IMG/VR virus record: IMGVR_UViG_3300033067_001074
Coordinates: 1 to 37,149 of that record
Reading direction: 5' to 3' (one strand)
DNA: 37,149 bases
Source of the DNA: a virus
Taxonomy: Duplodnaviria; Caudoviricetes
Numbering within the stretch: the stretch's first letter is position 1; each line of letters starts with the position of its first letter. The position numbers and the translations under genes were made by a program. The notes under the pieces are model-generated. The model saw nothing but the letters and a program-made list of their open reading frames with translations. It was not told where the DNA came from and ran no database searches. Of this stretch, positions 34,569-37,149 are shown one piece after another.

Positions 34569-34943
34569 ATGAACGCACTTCACACCCAACTCATCTCCGC
34601 CGGTATCCCCGTGGTCGGCATCAGCATCGGCCGCAAGGACGACAAGGCAACGTGGCGCGTGGACTTCGCGCCAGAGGCAACCGACGAGCAGAAGGCGCAG
34701 GCCGCGCAGCTCGTGGCTGCTTTCGACGTCGAGAAGGCCGGGCACAACGCCGCCATCGACGCGCAGATCACCGCTCTTGAGGCTAATAGTGGCGGGTATG
34801 TACGGGGGCTGCGCGAGTTCATGCTCGCAGCTTCGCTGGTGATGAAGCAGCAAGGAGGGCCAGATTTCATGCTGAACAAGGGTATGCAGAACGTGAAGGC
34901 CCTAGACGACCAGATCAAGGCGCTTCGCGCTCAACGCCAGTGA
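34569..34943 (+). CDS. Tail fibre-associated small protein
   Basis: ORF track; follows the fibre gene. Confidence 0.55.
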   Translation: MNALHTQLISAGIPVVGISIGRKDDKATWRVDFAPEATDEQKAQAAQLVAAFDVEKAGHNAAIDAQITALEANSGGYVRGLREFMLAASLVMKQQGGPDFMLNKGMQNVKALDDQIKALRAQRQ

Positions 34944-35245
34944 AGCCGGTAGCCGCTTTTTTTCTTCTCGCAATCCCTTTTGGGATAACCGCAGTGCTGG
35001 CGGCGTTCGTTGGCGTACTTGTGTCTCCGTGGTATGGAAATAGCGCCTACGCTAAAAATCTGCTTCGCGCAGCCGACAAGTACGGCGCTGCGTTTTTCGG
35101 TCTGGGGGACGGATCGCATACCGTAAGCGCAGAGTGCGGATCGAGGAAGGATTGCAAGGTTTGCACACTAGTGTGCATGTTTCTAGACCTTATTCAAAAG
35201 GGCCATTGCAAAGGTGCGGCAAAGAAGGAAGGTCTAAGTGTCTAA
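34940..35245 (+). CDS. Small membrane protein (TVSAECG...C..LD.IQKGHC)
   Basis: Hydrophobic N-terminus; conserved Cys pattern. Confidence 0.6.
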   Translation: MKPVAAFFLLAIPFGITAVLAAFVGVLVSPWYGNSAYAKNLLRAADKYGAAFFGLGDGSHTVSAECGSRKDCKVCTLVCMFLDLIQKGHCKGAAKKEGLSV

Positions 35246-36746
35246 GATCAGGGTTCCTCTTTTCGGCCCCTACACAAACCGAATCTCGTCGGTCAACTCT
35301 CTAGACACGACTTCCGGTTATGTGGGTATTGGAATTGTGGGGTTGATGGTGGTTGGTGCGACTAGCGCATCCAGCACCAAGGACGCGAAGTATGTGAATT
35401 GTTTTGGCATGACCGTTCCAGATGCTTTGACGGGTAAAACAAAGTTGTACACGGTCAAGCGTCCCGGTTGGGCTACCTCTGTCACTCCGGCCTCTGGAAA
35501 CATCGGTACGGCTATTTTCGTCTGGACCGGAAGCTCGTCGGGGACTGACGTTATCTCTGCCTTCGGGTCTACCAATTCCACGATCTACAACGGAACAACC
35601 TCCCTTGGGGCGATTACGGGCAAGGCCAGGTCGATCAATGAAACCGTTGTAGGCACGACCGCGACCCTGCTAGTTGCCTCTGGAGACAATACGGGTTGGT
35701 ACTACGACACTGGCGTAGGCACCATGACCAAGATTGCGGACGCTGATTTTCCGGGGAACGCCGGAAAAACTACGGTCGGCGGGTTTGCGGTGATTGACGG
35801 TTTCAACTGCATCATGGATTCAACTGGTGCTTTGTGGGCATCTGACCTGAACAGCGTCACGGCTTGGACTTCTACTAGTTTCGATACCGCCAATTCCTAC
35901 GCAGACAAGGGCATCGGTTGTGTGCGGCATAGGAACTTCGTGATGGCGTTTGGTACTGAATCAATCGAGTTCTACCAGAACGCCGGTTTGTCTCCGTTCC
36001 CGCTGGCTAAGGCTTCGGCCATGACGGTGAAGGTTGGGGCTATCTCTGCGGATGCGATTGCTCAGATTGCCGACACGACGTTTTGGGCGGGTTCTACGCC
36101 TCAAGGCGGTATCTCAGTCTTCCAGTACGACGGAGGTTTGTCGCGTATCTCGACTCCTGAGATTGATACGAACCTGATTCTTGCTGGTGCTTCAAACATC
36201 AGCCTGACCACGCTCCGTATCTACGGCAGGTCAATGGTTCTGGTGAAGGCCGGAGCATCAACCTACGTCTACGTCATCGAGGAAAAGACTTGGCATGAGT
36301 GGAGTTCCACAACCCCGTTGTGGACGAAGTGCGTAGGTGTTTCTCTCGGTGGGACGATGGTGAACTATGCCGTCAGCAACATTTCCACCAGCGGCAAGGT
36401 CTACGTCATGAACCCCTCGCTTCTGGTGTTCACGGATGACGGGACTACCTACACCGCAAGGGTTCAGCTTCCCAAGATGGACATGGGGAATATGCACCGC
36501 AAGTTCTATCGCATGGTGCAGGTTGTGGGGGATGTGGAAACGACTTCCTCAACGCTGACCATTTCCTATTCGGACGATGATTACCAAAGCTACACGGTAG
36601 CCGGTACGGTTGACCTGTCGAACGATGAACGCTACCTGTTCCGTTTGGGTTCATCTAACCGCAGGTCTTGGGTGCTGAGTCATTCGGCAAACACTCCGAT
36701 GCGGCTTGAGGCTTTGGAAGTTGATGTGAAAGTGGGACGGCACTGA
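35238..36746 (+). CDS. Tail hub/packaged DNA stabilisation protein (P22 gp10-like)
   Basis: About 500 aa, beta-rich; KRPG, AFGTESIEFY, TYVY...TWHEW, RLGSS..RSW motifs. Confidence 0.75.
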   Translation: MSKIRVPLFGPYTNRISSVNSLDTTSGYVGIGIVGLMVVGATSASSTKDAKYVNCFGMTVPDALTGKTKLYTVKRPGWATSVTPASGNIGTAIFVWTGSSSGTDVISAFGSTNSTIYNGTTSLGAITGKARSINETVVGTTATLLVASGDNTGWYYDTGVGTMTKIADADFPGNAGKTTVGGFAVIDGFNCIMDSTGALWASDLNSVTAWTSTSFDTANSYADKGIGCVRHRNFVMAFGTESIEFYQNAGLSPFPLAKASAMTVKVGAISADAIAQIADTTFWAGSTPQGGISVFQYDGGLSRISTPEIDTNLILAGASNISLTTLRIYGRSMVLVKAGASTYVYVIEEKTWHEWSSTTPLWTKCVGVSLGGTMVNYAVSNISTSGKVYVMNPSLLVFTDDGTTYTARVQLPKMDMGNMHRKFYRMVQVVGDVETTSSTLTISYSDDDYQSYTVAGTVDLSNDERYLFRLGSSNRRSWVLSHSANTPMRLEALEVDVKVGRH

Positions 36747-37132
36747 TGGACCTCGGTTTCGTAGACGAGAAATCGTTTGCGTATCGAGACATCAAGGGGC
36801 AAGACGTTTGGGTCAAGTTCACTCCTGTATTTGGCTCGCTGACCGTCATTGGGGCTACTAGCTATTCCGGTCGCTACAGGATCGTAGGCAGGAAGCTTGA
36901 ATTCCAAGTCCAGTTTTCTGCGGCCACTTCCATTGCCTCAGTAGCCGGAACCGACTACCTGAATCTTCCCGCAACGGCCAACGGGCTTGCTGGAATGGCG
37001 GTGATGACCAACGACACGACGAACGTATCTGTTGGGGTGTGTCATTTGGATGTGGCAACTTCGCGGTGTTATCTGCCCGCCCAAGTAGCGAGCGGAAACA
37101 CTTTCAAGTTGTGCGGGTGGTATGAAATCTAA
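36746..37132 (+). CDS. Tail protein (G.YRIVGR...LNLP...GWYEI domain)
   Basis: TGATG coupling; beta-sandwich motif of tail proteins. Confidence 0.6.
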   Translation: MDLGFVDEKSFAYRDIKGQDVWVKFTPVFGSLTVIGATSYSGRYRIVGRKLEFQVQFSAATSIASVAGTDYLNLPATANGLAGMAVMTNDTTNVSVGVCHLDVATSRCYLPAQVASGNTFKLCGWYEI

Positions 37133-37149
37133 AGGGAGCGACTAATGGC

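Noticed and set aside
33498-37132. Diversity-generating retroelement targeting the tail fibre
   Set aside because: No reverse transcriptase and no TR/VR repeat pair seen in the window.

Overview
This window is most of a lambdoid/P22-like tailed dsDNA phage genome, probably podovirus-like and with a proteobacterial host (both are inferences). Layout: (1) leftward early arm, 1-6812, with many small ORFs, an Erf-family recombinase, an SSB-like gene and only a C-terminal remnant of a tyrosine integrase; (2) a divergent control region, 6813-6955, with no cI/cro; (3) rightward replication/nin genes: a stand-alone Phg_2220_C initiator domain behind a structured non-coding region, a PAPS-reductase-like gene, an SNF2 helicase-DNA methyltransferase fusion, NinG and a Q-like antiterminator with a pR'-like promoter; (4) an inverted early-type module, 13974-16173; (5) packaging and virion genes: terS, terL, portal, a high-GC decoration block, scaffold, major capsid, a GT9-methyltransferase-GT9 cluster and tail genes. 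Highlights read directly from the sequence: the major capsid gene is split by two group I introns (796 nt with an HNH endonuclease in loop L1, and a 209-nt ORF-less one), and removing both restores a 334-aa capsid. A complete 510-bp integron gene cassette with a canonical attC sits at a GTT site, and removing it restores a small phage ORF. Three leftward promoters carry OxyR-consensus boxes (ATAG-N7-CTAT repeats) abutting their -35 at identical spacing. All product calls are by motif recognition only; no database searches were run.
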